From Trichosphaerium sp. ATCC 40318 (Eukaryota > Protista > Tubulinea), in NCBI GenBank assembly GCA_038496445.1, contig JALMLS010000075.1:186001-250000 (forward strand): a DNA stretch of 64,000 nucleotides. Direction: 5' to 3'. A program made the position numbers and the translations under genes. The notes beneath the pieces are model-generated. The model made no database searches, had not been told where the DNA came from, and saw nothing but the letters and a program-made list of their open reading frames with translations. Shown here piece by piece: positions 14,401-26,524 of this stretch (the first letter of the stretch is position 1; each line of letters starts with the position of its first letter).

Positions 14401-15526
14401 ATGCCAAATAAGGTGGGAAAATAGTCGTTGCTAAGAAAGGAGTTAAAACTGAAAGAGAAAAAACTTCTGTAACGTACGCTCGGTGTATAATTCAAAGAAT
14501 GAAACTTCAACTTGCACACCAATATCACGCATAAAAATAGAGTTTACAGCAGCTATAACACGACCAACATGTAATTCAGCCTCAGTGGCATTTCCATTAA
14601 ACAATTGACTGTACTCATAATCGCCAATGATACCAACCTGATTACTAACTGTCAAACAAGCGCAACATGAACTAAAATCGTACCTTTGCAAACCAAATTG
14701 TATCGTCAGAGAACTCAGCCCATCGACCTTCAGTGGATCTCTTCTTATTACTACCGCCTAGATCTAGTCTATCCTTAAAAGCGTTTATCATCGAGTTTAG
14801 ATCTTCTGGGTGAGTATGTTGATGACATTGTCCAGATGGCCTCTCTGGTGTCTCTACCTTTTTAAAGGCGACAATACCACTAGCGCTATGCTCTATTGTA
14901 AATTGCTCGTCCTGTCTCCTTGTTAGAATGCGATATTGTAGACAACAAAGTAATTGAATTTAACAGTTTTAAAACGCTCTCATACGCCTTGTTGGATCCA
15001 ACCACGCAGAGTGTTATCAATTCCAAGCGAAACTGCGACTGTTGATGTTGTATCACCAACCATTGCGCCAAAATAATACTTCTCGCCTGATAACGCTAAT
15101 TAGCTATGGTACAACTAGCGGTAAAACTTGCAAGTTACAAAAAACTAAACTGCAAAAAAATGAAAAAGCGCGCTAAAGGCATGTCAAGCAGTAAATACTA
15201 ACTAGACGCACCATGACAAGGTTCTCGACGCGCTGGTTCACCATTGAGAGAACGAAGAACAGTGTTCGTCCAAGGACTTGCACTACGAGAAAGCACGAGC
15301 TCAGAGTGCGATACGTGACCAGTTTCGTCGGATAAAGAACTATAAACGTCAAATGATGTACGTGTGACAAAACTGCGCTATACCGTTTGTGGTGAGGTAG
15401 AACTAACGTAAATTCTCCAGATACACCGTAACTCTCCGGATTGTTTAAAAAATCCTGCAACTGCACATTATCGGCGTACACACACGATAGCATGGCTATT
15501 ACGAGAATTAAAAGTGAGTATCTCAT
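11405..15526 (-). CDS. Secreted, probably GPI-anchored M12 (reprolysin-like) zinc metalloprotease, multi-exon
   Basis: Signal peptide MRYSLLILVIAMLSCVYA. Prodomain ends QCHQH...KRR. Zn motif HEFGHNFGAIH and Met-turn GSIMGYCH (13716-14087). Last exon ...TTECSSSEFLSFTFLLLSLLVVMIL* gives a hydrophobic C-terminus with no cytoplasmic tail. Confidence 0.85.
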
Positions 15527-15679
15527 CTAATAGTCTATCTCTCGTATTTCCAGCTAAAAGATAGTTTGAATACGGTAAATAGCCTTTGAATGCTCTTTTG
15601 GTATTATTACGACTGGTTATTATTAAAAAGGACCATCACAAAACCTGACTTAATCATATTGATTTTTTGTTCAAATCCG

Positions 15680-18050
15680 TCACAATGACTCAGGTGTTCG
15701 TTCAACGTTCAACAAGACTAATTTGGCTTGTTTTAGGTTTACAGATATCGGTGGGTTCTTGTTACTACTCTCTTTGTTTCTGTGGGTAGCTGTGTTGTTT
15801 CTTCCCATTTGTAGATATTCATGTGAGGTTGTGAATCTCTTGAAGGTACTGGAGGAGGGCCACCTGACCTCTAGAGGACAAATTAGATGACGCTTCATTC
15901 TAACATATAGACGTACACCATGAACATCCTCATTACCTTCATCAAAATCATCTAGTAGCAAGTTACTCTCTGACTAACTAATGTACATACCAACTTGTCC
16001 AAACGGTTTCCTTACTCCAATATCCCAACTTGTATCTATAGGTCCGTCTACAACATAATTTGAAGACATCTGAGCTATACCATTTGTCTCACCACCAAGG
16101 GTCTAAACAAGTAAGCAAGACCTTGATTGTAGGTGTAACAGGTTTGTTTGTACATTATCAAACTCATCCGAATCTTCGAGCTCATTCTCGGTCATTGGAA
16201 GCCATCTTTCCAAGATAGAAGATGCAGCAACTATTGCATCAACTGGGCTTTGGTTTTGCAACTTTGATTCAATATCTCTCATTGTGGGAGAGTCTTGAAG
16301 CATAAAATCATGTACAAAAGCTTCTATAGAAGCACTATCAGGAATAGAAGTACCAACAACCTTCTCACATGCTAGATCCTCGACATTAAACGCGAAAACA
16401 AGCAAAGCCAACATTAACCTTTACAACAGAAACAAGTTATCGTTTAGTTTATGCTACAATGAGCAGCAGTCAATGTACCTGATGCTTTGCATTAATGAGA
16501 CTCCTGTGGCAACTAGTGTTGTCATTTTAAGAGCATAAGAGCAAGCCAGGCAATGAGATTGTGAAGAATAAATCAAAGCACCTTTGAGTAAAATAACAAG
16601 CATCATCTTTAAGTTTGTTAGCATAAAAAACTCTTTAAATACGTGCATGTGCTGGGTCATCCTGTCTGACTGTGTGATATAGAGCGTATACAAGTGTATT
16701 CAAAGTACTGTATATTGATACCATTGTTTTTAATAGCGATGCTTGGTTTGCCATTGTTGAATTAGAACAAAAAGTGCTTCTGAGTGTTTGTACAAACTTT
16801 TGACTGCTTTGCACTACTGATCTGTTGGATGTTGTTTAGTTTCACCGTAAAAACAGTGATTACGTACACTTCACAGTCACTTTTTGCTCTGTAGGTAGAC
16901 ACTACTTTAATTAAACCTTCTATGGCTTTATTGTATTGTTCTGTGTAATCATGGGTTGCACGTGGGGATAATTCTTGAGGTTGACTGGTAGTATTTACAG
17001 TGTCTTCAAGTACTTTCACTTGAGTTAGAATCCCCTAACCAATTCAATCAAATAAAGAACCAACACGTGGGCAATGCAAGAAGAATTTAGACTCACCTTT
17101 GTTATACGTGCTAGTTGTTGCTTCTTTAAGGCATTACAAGAGTCATTAGATAAATCTCCTGCAATATCCCATAAGAAAGGTAATAGCTTTAATACACCAA
17201 CACAACATGTGTTTATTTTGAATTGCACATCAATATTTTTTAATCTAAACGAATAGCCATTTGCTATTTTTGCAAGCTACACGATTATTACGATAACTCT
17301 CAAAGAAATCACGACATGAAACGACCTTCAATGACACATGAAAGGCGATTGCGTACCTTAATAGTCTCAAGAAGCGAAGCGAAACCAGCTACTTCAAAAT
17401 CCTTTTGAACGCGACCTACAAAAAGCACGTGAGTTTTCCTACAAGGTATTCTCCATAACAAGGTTGTAAGTACCTGTAGCGATTCCTGCTATCGTTGTAA
17501 TCGTTTGCAGCACTTGCTTACTACACCTTACAATCTCAGGACGGTTGTTCTTCGCTTTTTGAGTATTTTACGATACATTTTAACGTACAGATGTCGGTAT
17601 TATACCCATACGTAGTACGCTAGTAACATAGCTTTGTAGCGTGCGTAAGAAGTCTTTTTTCGCTTTCTGTTGATCTTTGGCACCTTTGAGTACCTTCAAC
17701 GCGCTTAAAACCTTAAAGGCAGCCCCTTTAGCTTGTTTGGATAACCCCGTAATATTTTGCATTTTCTAGCGCAAAACATAAGCTGTACTGCGATATTAAC
17801 GGTATATTAACCTTCACAGCACTAACAACGCTTGCAAAAAACCGTTGGGATCCAATTGGCTTAGTCTTGTCGAATATACTGCCGACAAGCCTTGTGGTGC
17901 ATATTGATACGCTCAAGGAAGCCATAGAAGTGCCGTGGATTGATTGTATACGAAAACGAGTACTAGGCTTAACTGGGAACATGTTACAATGTGTCAAAAT
18001 GTACGTTGAGCTAGTGGCTGTTTCGAAGAGTGCGCACAAAGTACACTCAT
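15680..18050 (-). CDS. Hypothetical protein, multi-exon
   Basis: Chain of coding-like minus-strand exons (17580-17762, 17025-17228, 16762-17019, 16103-16414, 15680-15961) with GT-AG boundaries. No family recognised; start uncertain. Confidence 0.55.
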
Positions 18051-18403
18051 TGTAGAGCGTTTAAATGTTTTTTGATATCCAACACTTGGTATCAATAGTT
18101 ATCAATCAGTACAAGTATTTTCTATAGAGCGATTTGGACTGTAGTTTGATATCAATCAGAAGTTCGCCATCTGAATAGTTGGTACATCTCAATCATCAAG
18201 TTTTACAGTTTTTCAATCATCAATTCACTCTATCTACAATTGAGAACCACTACTCCCCTTTAATACTGTATATTGATTAAAATGAGAGTGAAAGTGTTGA
18301 TTGATGCAGCATCAATCTGTTCACTTAATACTTGAATGATTTTGTCGTAAATCATATTTCATAAATCAAAATCTCTCACAAGCAACACAGCATCTCCTCA
18401 AAC

Positions 18404-19409
18404 ATGTCTCAACAATCTTCTCACCCTACTTGCGATACACCTGTGTGCACATGCGAATCTTGTGGTATCATAAACAATAGAAATGTCCAACAGATAGTAA
18501 AGCATAAAAAATTGCTTCGGACTCATATGTTGACGTAAGTAAAATCGTTCAAAAAATCAATCATGCAAATCATTTGAAACCAAAATTAACATCGTTTTGT
18601 GTAGGGTTGACCCAAGCACAACAAACAAGAATATGAAGTTGCTAGCGGGTGCAAAAAAACTGAACCTAACTGCAGACAGAGACGGCTATTCACTACTCAG
18701 AGATGAAGGTCTAATGCACCTCGCTGGTGCTCACACGGTCTGTCTTAGAGGCTGTAAGGATATAACAGATGTCGGAATAGCGTCATTAGCTGGAGTAACC
18801 GCAATTGATCTTGCTGGTACAAACGTCACTGATAAAGGTCTCAAAGCACTTGCTGGTGTCCAATATATCGATCTAAGCAGTTGCCGCAATATAACAGACG
18901 CTGGAGTAGCTTCATTGGCAGGAGCAAGAAATATTTGTTTGTATCGTTGTTCTCAAATCACAGACGCTGGTATTATACCGCTAGCTGGAGTCAACACAAT
19001 TGATATTCGTCATTGTCGCCAAGTCACAAACAAAGGCGTTCAAGCTCTAGCTGGAGCTCATACCATGATGTTGGGATGTACAGAAATCACTGATGAAGCA
19101 TTGAAACCTTTGAAAGGAATTTACAAGATTAATTTGGCAAGTTGCTATGGCATCACTGACAAAGGCCTGAGTTACATTGCCGGCGCAAAAAATATTGATC
19201 TGACTCATTGTCTTCAAACTACTGACAGAGGTGTTTTGAATCTCATTGGCGTCGAAACCTTAAGTGTGGCATACTCAAGCGTTACAAACAGAGTTCTACG
19301 TCCGTTGGTAGCAGGTGGATTGAAATCAATGGACGTTCGCTTCTGTTGGAACATCTCTTCAAGCGCTAAAATGGCACTAGCTGTTTCTGGTGTTTCAATT
19401 TCCGGTTGA
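18404..19409 (+). CDS. Leucine-rich-repeat protein with short (21-22 aa) Cys-containing LRRs; one intron
   Basis: ATG 18404, intron ~18535-18604, then ~10 repeats of consensus ITDxGLxxLAGxxxIDLxxCxx (e.g. ITDAGVASLAGARNICLYRCSQ). Confidence 0.85.
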
Positions 19410-19752
19410 GGTGATTGGCTCATGTCAATAAAACTACTTTAATTTGTTTCTGTCTATATAGTTAACGTTGCTTCGTGTGTCATTATTTTAGTCACTCATC
19501 AATATAGTTTTTCAATGTTGTCACTTTATTCACAATAATAATCACAAAGGGAACGAACAGGTTCTGAAATTATTTCAGAAAAAAATACAGGCTACTAAAA
19601 CGCCATGTATGTTTTTTGCAGTCTAGCTTGTCTTATTCTAATTGTTATTTTCTCTGTTTTCAAATCATTACTCTTACTATGTTGGCACGTGGCCCAAAAG
19701 TTGAGCGTATTATATTCCATTCACAAGAAACGAATAAAGGTATAGCCCAAAC

Positions 19753-21574
19753 CTAAATGTGTTTGGAAGTACAAAGCTGTGTTTAAACCGGAAATAACCA
19801 AGACAAGAAAAATAAGATGCACAATTGTTTATTCTAACATACTGCGCAAATACATTCTCGCTGAGAAGCAACACAACCAAGAGGGTTGTTGAAGTAAGGA
19901 AATAGGCTTTCCCTGCATGAACTATCGAAGCAACCTCGGGTAGCACTTACTTCACATTTACCAACGAGTTCCTCAGAGGTGCACAAGCAATCAGTTTCGG
20001 TGGAGCCTAGGGTTTTGTTTTAGAACTTGAAAGAAATATACAGGGTACTTTTGACGTACCGTCTGATAGAAGCTTTTTGTATTGTTTGCAAGAACCACCA
20101 ATGGCCTGGCTTCTTTCACTGCAACCGTTGTCAACACATTGTTCTGTTTCTCTGTCATAGTAGCAACAACGTTTATCTGCTGTAGGTTCTTGCGCTTTTG
20201 GAGCTCGTGTTATCGGAGCGCGGGTTGTTGGAGGACGAGTAGTTGGAGGACGAGTAGTCGGTGGACGAGTGGTTGGAGGACGAGTAGTTGGCGGACGAGT
20301 CGTTGGAGGGCGAGTTGTTGGAGGGCGCGTAGTTGGAGGGCGAGTTGTTGGAGGGCGAGTAGTTGGAGGGCGCGTAGTTGGAGGACGAGTAGTCGGTGGA
20401 CGAGTGGTTGGAGTACGAGTAGTTGGCGGACGAGTAGGTGGAGCAGTTGTAGCTGGGTCACAATCACAACAACAAGCACATGAAACAGTTAATTCTGTTA
20501 GTGAATTATCTTCACAACAACTGACATTGTATGTATATGTGTCCTTGATAAGGCATTCACCAAAGTCAGCAACCGGATATCCTTGGCTTTCGCAATTTCT
20601 ACAAACTTAGTTAGAGATGAAACCGAAGTATAAAAACAATTGCCTAACCTTGCACATGCGATCTGAGCTTGGGCCTCAGCTTCTTCAACGGCAACAGTTT
20701 CGTTACAGTCAACGGTAGAAGCGCTACCAAGCACAGGTACTCTACAAGGTTCTGCACAAGATTCGCATTCATGAAAGTTAACAAGAAGACCGAATGGTCC
20801 ACCATAGTTATTTACTGTAAATTGCAACACATTCGGTCCGTCAACAACACCGTTAGTGCTGTCTAGAGTGAAAGAAGGAGCAGTTGCGTAATTCAAGTAG
20901 TTAAAATCAGAACATCCTATGGATATAGGGTTTCCGTTCAAAGTAGCTCCTGCCATGTCATTATCAGACCAACACTTACCAGATATAGAAGGTTTATCAC
21001 ATCCTAAAGATCTCTGTTAGTTTTTTTATCTATCACGTGTGGATCCTTTCTGTTCGTACCTGCTGGTATTGTAAAAGTACGTGAAAACGTAAAAAATGAG
21101 CCTAACTGAGATCCAATGTTAGTAGTTTCGATCCAGTTACTCTACAAGTAGTGTGAGCGCTTGTGGCAAAACAAGATGAAAGAATTATTGCGTACGGCAG
21201 GAATTGCTGGGTCAGTGTTAGGGTTAATCCAAGCGGGATTGATGGTATGAACTACTCCGGCTGTACAGCATGGGCTTGGTGGACCAGCGCCCCAGCAATT
21301 GACAAAGCCAGGGTGATTACTTGAGCAGATCTCCCAGTGAGGATCGTCCAAAATGGGAACCATATTGGGAATAATATTGAATGAATTGTCAACGCCTGAT
21401 GTTGTTGTTAGTTTACGTTTTGATTCTGGGATCGAGCCCAAGAGCTGGTAATTGTTTATTTAAAGTACCTGTTGGAAAGAGTTGGTAGTCCACTAGACAT
21501 TGTTGTACTTCGGCAGATTGACATAGTACCGTGTAAAGCGCAGATAAAGTGCATAGGACAATAAGACTTCTCAT
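19753..21574 (-). CDS. Secreted protein: beta-sandwich lectin-like domain + Cys-rich domains joined by a (TTRPP)n mucin-like linker
   Basis: Signal MRSLIVLCTLSALYTVLC. Jelly-roll-like segment AWI..FTFSRTFTIP..SDNDMAGATLNG..GPNVLQFTVNNYGGPFGLLV. Pro/Thr repeat, then C-terminal RGCFDSSCRESLFPYFNNPLGCVASQRECICA|LCTSKHI*. Confidence 0.75.
20215..20442 (-). repeat. Coding minisatellite, ~15 x 15 bp, encoding TTRPP
   Basis: Plus strand reads GGAGGACGAGTAGTT with synonymous-type variation; minus strand frame gives Thr-Thr-Arg-Pro-Pro. Confidence 0.9.
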
Positions 21575-23315
21575 GATGATGCGTTGTTGTAACCTGTAGG
21601 AGTATGTTTGATTAATTAATTTGGGTCAACTTTTTTTGTTTGTTGAATCTCAAAAAAGTTTGCGGGACATCTAGTTGGGTAACCTTGGCCGCAAAAAAAT
21701 AAAGCATGAAATAACTAAAATAGGTGCTGAATAACAAATACAAACCTCATGAACTTTTTTTCACCCTTCATTCTTGGTATATTAGTATCATAGGCGTGTT
21801 GGCATCATTTTGTTGATTTTGACAACTCCACAGTCCCGTTTTAGAATTTAGCGTAATTACATCAGATTTTCTTATTTTTTCGATAAGAACTTTGAACTGT
21901 AGAACCTTTTTTCGCTATGCTATTCATAATAACGTAATTTCATTCTTAAAAACTCAATGTTTGAAAATTCGCGAGTTTTCTAGCCGCTGTAATACGATTC
22001 TTGTTTTTCTTCCAGGTAACCCAAATACTTTAAAATCGTGCTGTGCATGCGCCAGATTACTAAAGAACTCGATTTTTGCTTCATGAGAACAGCCTTTTGA
22101 GGGAGAAGCAGGGGAGTGCCGGAATAAGTCCTTCTTAGCCACCTAACCATGGAACGTACAGGCTGTGGAGACACATTTTTTTAATCTCCAAAGATACGGT
22201 TTTTTTTGGGATACACTACCCGAATATTTGCCACCTGTTATGTATATTTGTTCTGTTTGCCCTTTACCTTATGCTTAAAGAATTACCGTAACATAGATTG
22301 TTGAAGCCTACTAACATTTCATTGCTTTTGTCAACTCAACTAGAACACGAGTCAGTTCAAAGTGCTGGTAATGGATTAACTTTTGCTAGGACTATTCGGT
22401 TGCTTGTTCGAGCATATGGCAATGCTCGGTTTAACTATGTTACCATCTAGTGACTCTACGGAGGCCGTTGAACCAAAGAAAATAGCGTTAGTACTTGTAC
22501 ACAACACATTCAATTTACTAATTGACGGTTCTTTATTATTAACACTTGCATTCTAACGGTACCTACAACGAGAACGTGCAAAATACCATGCTCTGTATGC
22601 TAACCTACAGCATGTAAAAGTCGCAATATACGTCCTTTACGCCACTATTTTCAACTTGCTTTTTACTATGAAATAAGCTAAGAAGGAAAGCTTCCAAAAA
22701 GCCGCTAACACATACCTACGTGATGTGTAGAGCTAATAGCGCATACGCGATAGATGTTTAATCGTTTCATAACTGAACCACTAACAATTGAACTATCCCT
22801 TGAAAAAACCAGTCACGTGCGTCGAAGAGACGTACAACAAGTTCAGGTGAGAAGATTGGAAAGTTAATAAGATATAGCGCTAGTTGTTGGTTTAACTTTG
22901 TTTAACAAAGGATCTGACGCATCACACATACACCATAATCGCTTAAAAACGCAATACAAGCGTTAATTCAATACCTACTGAATTATTCTCTACCCAACAT
23001 TCCGTTTTTCCACGACTCGGGAAAACAAATGGAACAACCAACCTTACTAATACTACCTAAAATGAACAAAAGTCTACCTCTCCGACTCGCAATCACTCAA
23101 TTTCGCAGTAAATGACGTATACAGTACATGTAACGTACTAGTATAATCGCTGACATAACAAACTGTGTAAAAATGTTCCACCCATGTTTAGGGAGTCGGC
23201 ATAAGTTATGCCGACTGTTCACAAAAAAAATACATGAAAAATGCACTTTTTATTACTTTTACTTTTTGGAATTTATATCAACCGTACAGCAATGCAGTCT
23301 GCGTAGTAGTCATCA

Positions 23316-26300
23316 ATGATTGAAGTTTCACGCAATTTAAACGAGCTTTGTACAAAGAAAACCCAGGAAAGCATAGAGGTAGCGTTTTAAACCAATGGCG
23401 TAATAAAAACCCCGTTTTAAACACTAAAAAACCCTTTCAGTCGCTTTGGCATGGTACTCAAAGGGAGGTTGATCTACGTTTGGACTATAGCACTACAGCG
23501 GACCAAACGCAGCAAAAACAAGTTATAATGAGCGCTATAGGACTTGTAAGTATACGACGATAAGCTTTCTACAAGCCCTTATTTTTTTCAAAACTAGAGC
23601 CTACAGAACAACCCCTCTACTAGAAAACTCAATGTAATAGATCTCACAGCTCAGAATGTGGGCATAGGAACGTACGTGGGCCCTTTTTGGTTTTTACTTC
23701 AAACAAACGGCGAATTCTTTTTTGAAAAAAAAAGGTCACGTGACCTTCACACCCGTATCGCCATGTTTTTTTTTTTGGCGTCCGTTTAAATTAACAACCA
23801 TATACTTACATTTGTTTTTTGGAATAGTCAAGGAGCTCAAGAGATTAGTAGAGGTTTACAATATAATAAGACTCTATATAGTATGGTGTTGCGTGGTAAT
23901 GAGCTATCGTATGAAGAATTAAAGATACTGGTTACAGGACTAAAAGAAAATACAACACTTCATTCACTTGACCTTAGTTATAATACACTACCTGCAGAGG
24001 GTAAGATTTTTAAGCGCTTTATTCCTTTTCCTTCGGTGTGTTGTGTACGAAACTTGCGTGACACTTTTTTTGAATGCACCAACAACAGATATTTTGTTAA
24101 TGACGTTTTGTTACCATATTTTTGTTCGTGGCTTACCGTACCTTATAGGTATGTTCTTCCTGAGCGAATTTATTAAAAAGAATACACCACTCCATTGCCT
24201 TCACTTGAAAGGAACAAACTTGTCAACAGGGACATGTGATGTACGCTTTGAAAAACTTTCTGAATAAATCAAGAAAGTTCTGAAACCTCTTTCCCAAAAT
24301 AAACAACGAAGTTCTCTCTTTAACGCTCAAAACCAATAGGATATTGTGGATGCTTTACAAGATAATACAAATATATACGACCTTACAATGAACGCTGCTA
24401 ATATAAGCTATGAAACTCAACAGGAACTAAGAAGTAAACTTGCTAGTAATAAGGAAAGAGGTAAGAAACCTTTCACATTTCTTTTTTCTTCGACATTTTT
24501 TCACTTAATAACTTTTTTTTTCAGTCGAGTCAGAACAATGGATTAGAACTCCTTTACCACAAACCCCAAGGTCTCCAAGTCGTTTATCACGTTCTCTTGA
24601 TAGTGTGAGCGAGATATCAGTAGCTGGAAATCATAGATCGCCACTAAAAACAAGAAGAAAGAAAAAATCAACAACCAAAACAAAAAAGAAGAAACCAAAA
24701 AACACATCAGTTTCGCGTCGCTCAAGATCCGACCAGAGCCTGGAAGAGAAAAAAGGTTTAGTGCTGCCATCAGAGGCTTTTGAAAATGGTATTCTTAAAA
24801 ACCGTATTTTTCTTGACATTTTTCGGTTCTCACATGACACTAGATTTAACTTGTAAATGTATATTGGGCGATGAAAAGCGAGCGTTTACAGTCTCCTCGT
24901 CCATTTCTTTTGACGATTTTAAAGAAAAGCTAGATACAGAATTTGATACAGAGATATTAGCCATAAAGTATATGGATGAAGAAGGTGACTTCATAACAAT
25001 GAGAACTGAAAAGGATCTAAGATTCATTATAAACAAAACTGTACGTAAAGGTGCCCTTTTTTTGAGTCTAATGAGATACGTGTTAGGATATTGACAGCTA
25101 CCTGAAGTTAAAGTTACAAGCAAACGATGAAGAATCTTCAATTTGTGTGAGAAACACTATGGATGATTTACTAGTAGACCACAAGGAGGTAGAAATATTA
25201 GAAAAGGTACAGAAATACAAAATTCTTTTTAAGTACTAAATGGGCTTTTCTCAGGTTTCAGAGCGTATAAATTTCGCTAAATGGCGAGGTACAAAGGAAT
25301 AATATTTGAAATGGTTTAATGTAATGGTGTAATAGGAGCAAAAGTAGCTTGCAAGCAACTGAGAGTATCTAATAATGATGGAGAGGAAGAAATGCAAGAG
25401 TTGAAAATCCTGGTGTACGTCACGTGTTTTATCGTTATATAAAGACATAAGATTCTAATAATTTTTTTGAAGCGGTTTGCGCCACCCTCGCATTGTATTA
25501 ATGATGGGTGTATCCTTGAATGGGCCAGAAAATTTTTTAGTAATGGAGTACGTTCGTCACACCCAGATCTTTATCCAACAAATTTTTTTTTCCAGATTGA
25601 TGGCAGGAAGAGATCTAAAGGCATTTATTGAAGAACATGATGGTCCTTTTGATATTGAATTAGTCCTTTCTATTGCGACAGATATCGCACAAGGGTAACA
25701 AGTCTCAAAAAACTAATTTTGAATTAACTTGTTTAATGTAGCATGACATACTTACATGGTATTCCAATGTTACACAGAAATCTATGTACATCAAATATTT
25801 TATTGGAAAAATCAAAAAACCGAGCTAAACTTTCAGACTTTGCGTTCAGCGTACAATCAGATAAAAGTAGACGAACAACTCTCTCTGATGATTCATTTTA
25901 TACTAAACCAGAATGTGCGTATTCAGTTCTTTTGGAGTATTTTGGACCTCAACTTATTTTTCTTCTTTACAGTTGTATATTTTGCACCAGAAGTAATGCA
26001 AGAAGACAAGTGTACTACAAAATCTGATGTTTACCCATTTGCGCTTATTTTATGGCAAATGATTCTTGGGAAAGATGAGCCGAAACCAGGTGAAGATACG
26101 AATGTGACAACATGGGCTGTAGAGGTAACCCTAACAACAACAAAGAAATTGTCCAAAAAAAGTTGTGTCTTAATGTCTATTCGCAGGTCGCTGAAGGAAA
26201 ACGACTACCTATCCCCGAAGAATTTCATCCTAGTCTAAAGTTACTTGTAATGAATTGCTGGGATCATGATCCCAGTAAACGGCCAGAATTCGGAGATATA

Positions 26301-26327
26301 GTCGAGTATCTAGAAGACATGTATTGA
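23316..26327 (+). CDS. RNI-like LRR + PB1 domain + TKL (pseudo)kinase, multi-exon
   Basis: LRRs (LVTGLKENTTLHSLDLSYN, FIKKNTPLHCLHLKGT). PB1: CKCILGDEKRAF..IKYMDEEGDFITM. Kinase pieces RHPRIVLMMG, LHRNLCTSNILL, KLSDFA, YFAPE, KSDVYPFALILWQM, CWDHDPSKRPEF. Confidence 0.85.
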
Positions 26328-26524
26328 AGTGTAAAAAAAGAAAGAAAAACAATGATTGATTTAAGCTCGTTTCATTTTCATTACACTAACAACAATCCCA
26401 AGTGTTCATAGGTTGAAGAAAGACTACTTTACACCAAATAAGGGCTCCAAATATAGTAACTTAACTTGCGCTTTTAAGTCCGTTAGTCAGTTTGTACTTC
26501 AAATCAATTGCGTTTACAACCTTC

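Noticed and set aside
20215-20442. Possible CRISPR-like array
   Set aside because: Contiguous 15-bp tandem units with no unique spacers, inside a eukaryotic exon.
20082-20610. ORFs with (VVGGR)n, (WRTSS)n and (LLVLQ)n repeats
   Set aside because: Alternative-frame or antisense shadows of the TTRPP coding minisatellite.
21892-22900. Short overlapping ORFs between the secreted protein and the LRR-PB1 kinase
   Set aside because: Could not assemble a consistent spliced frame or recognise a domain; left unannotated.
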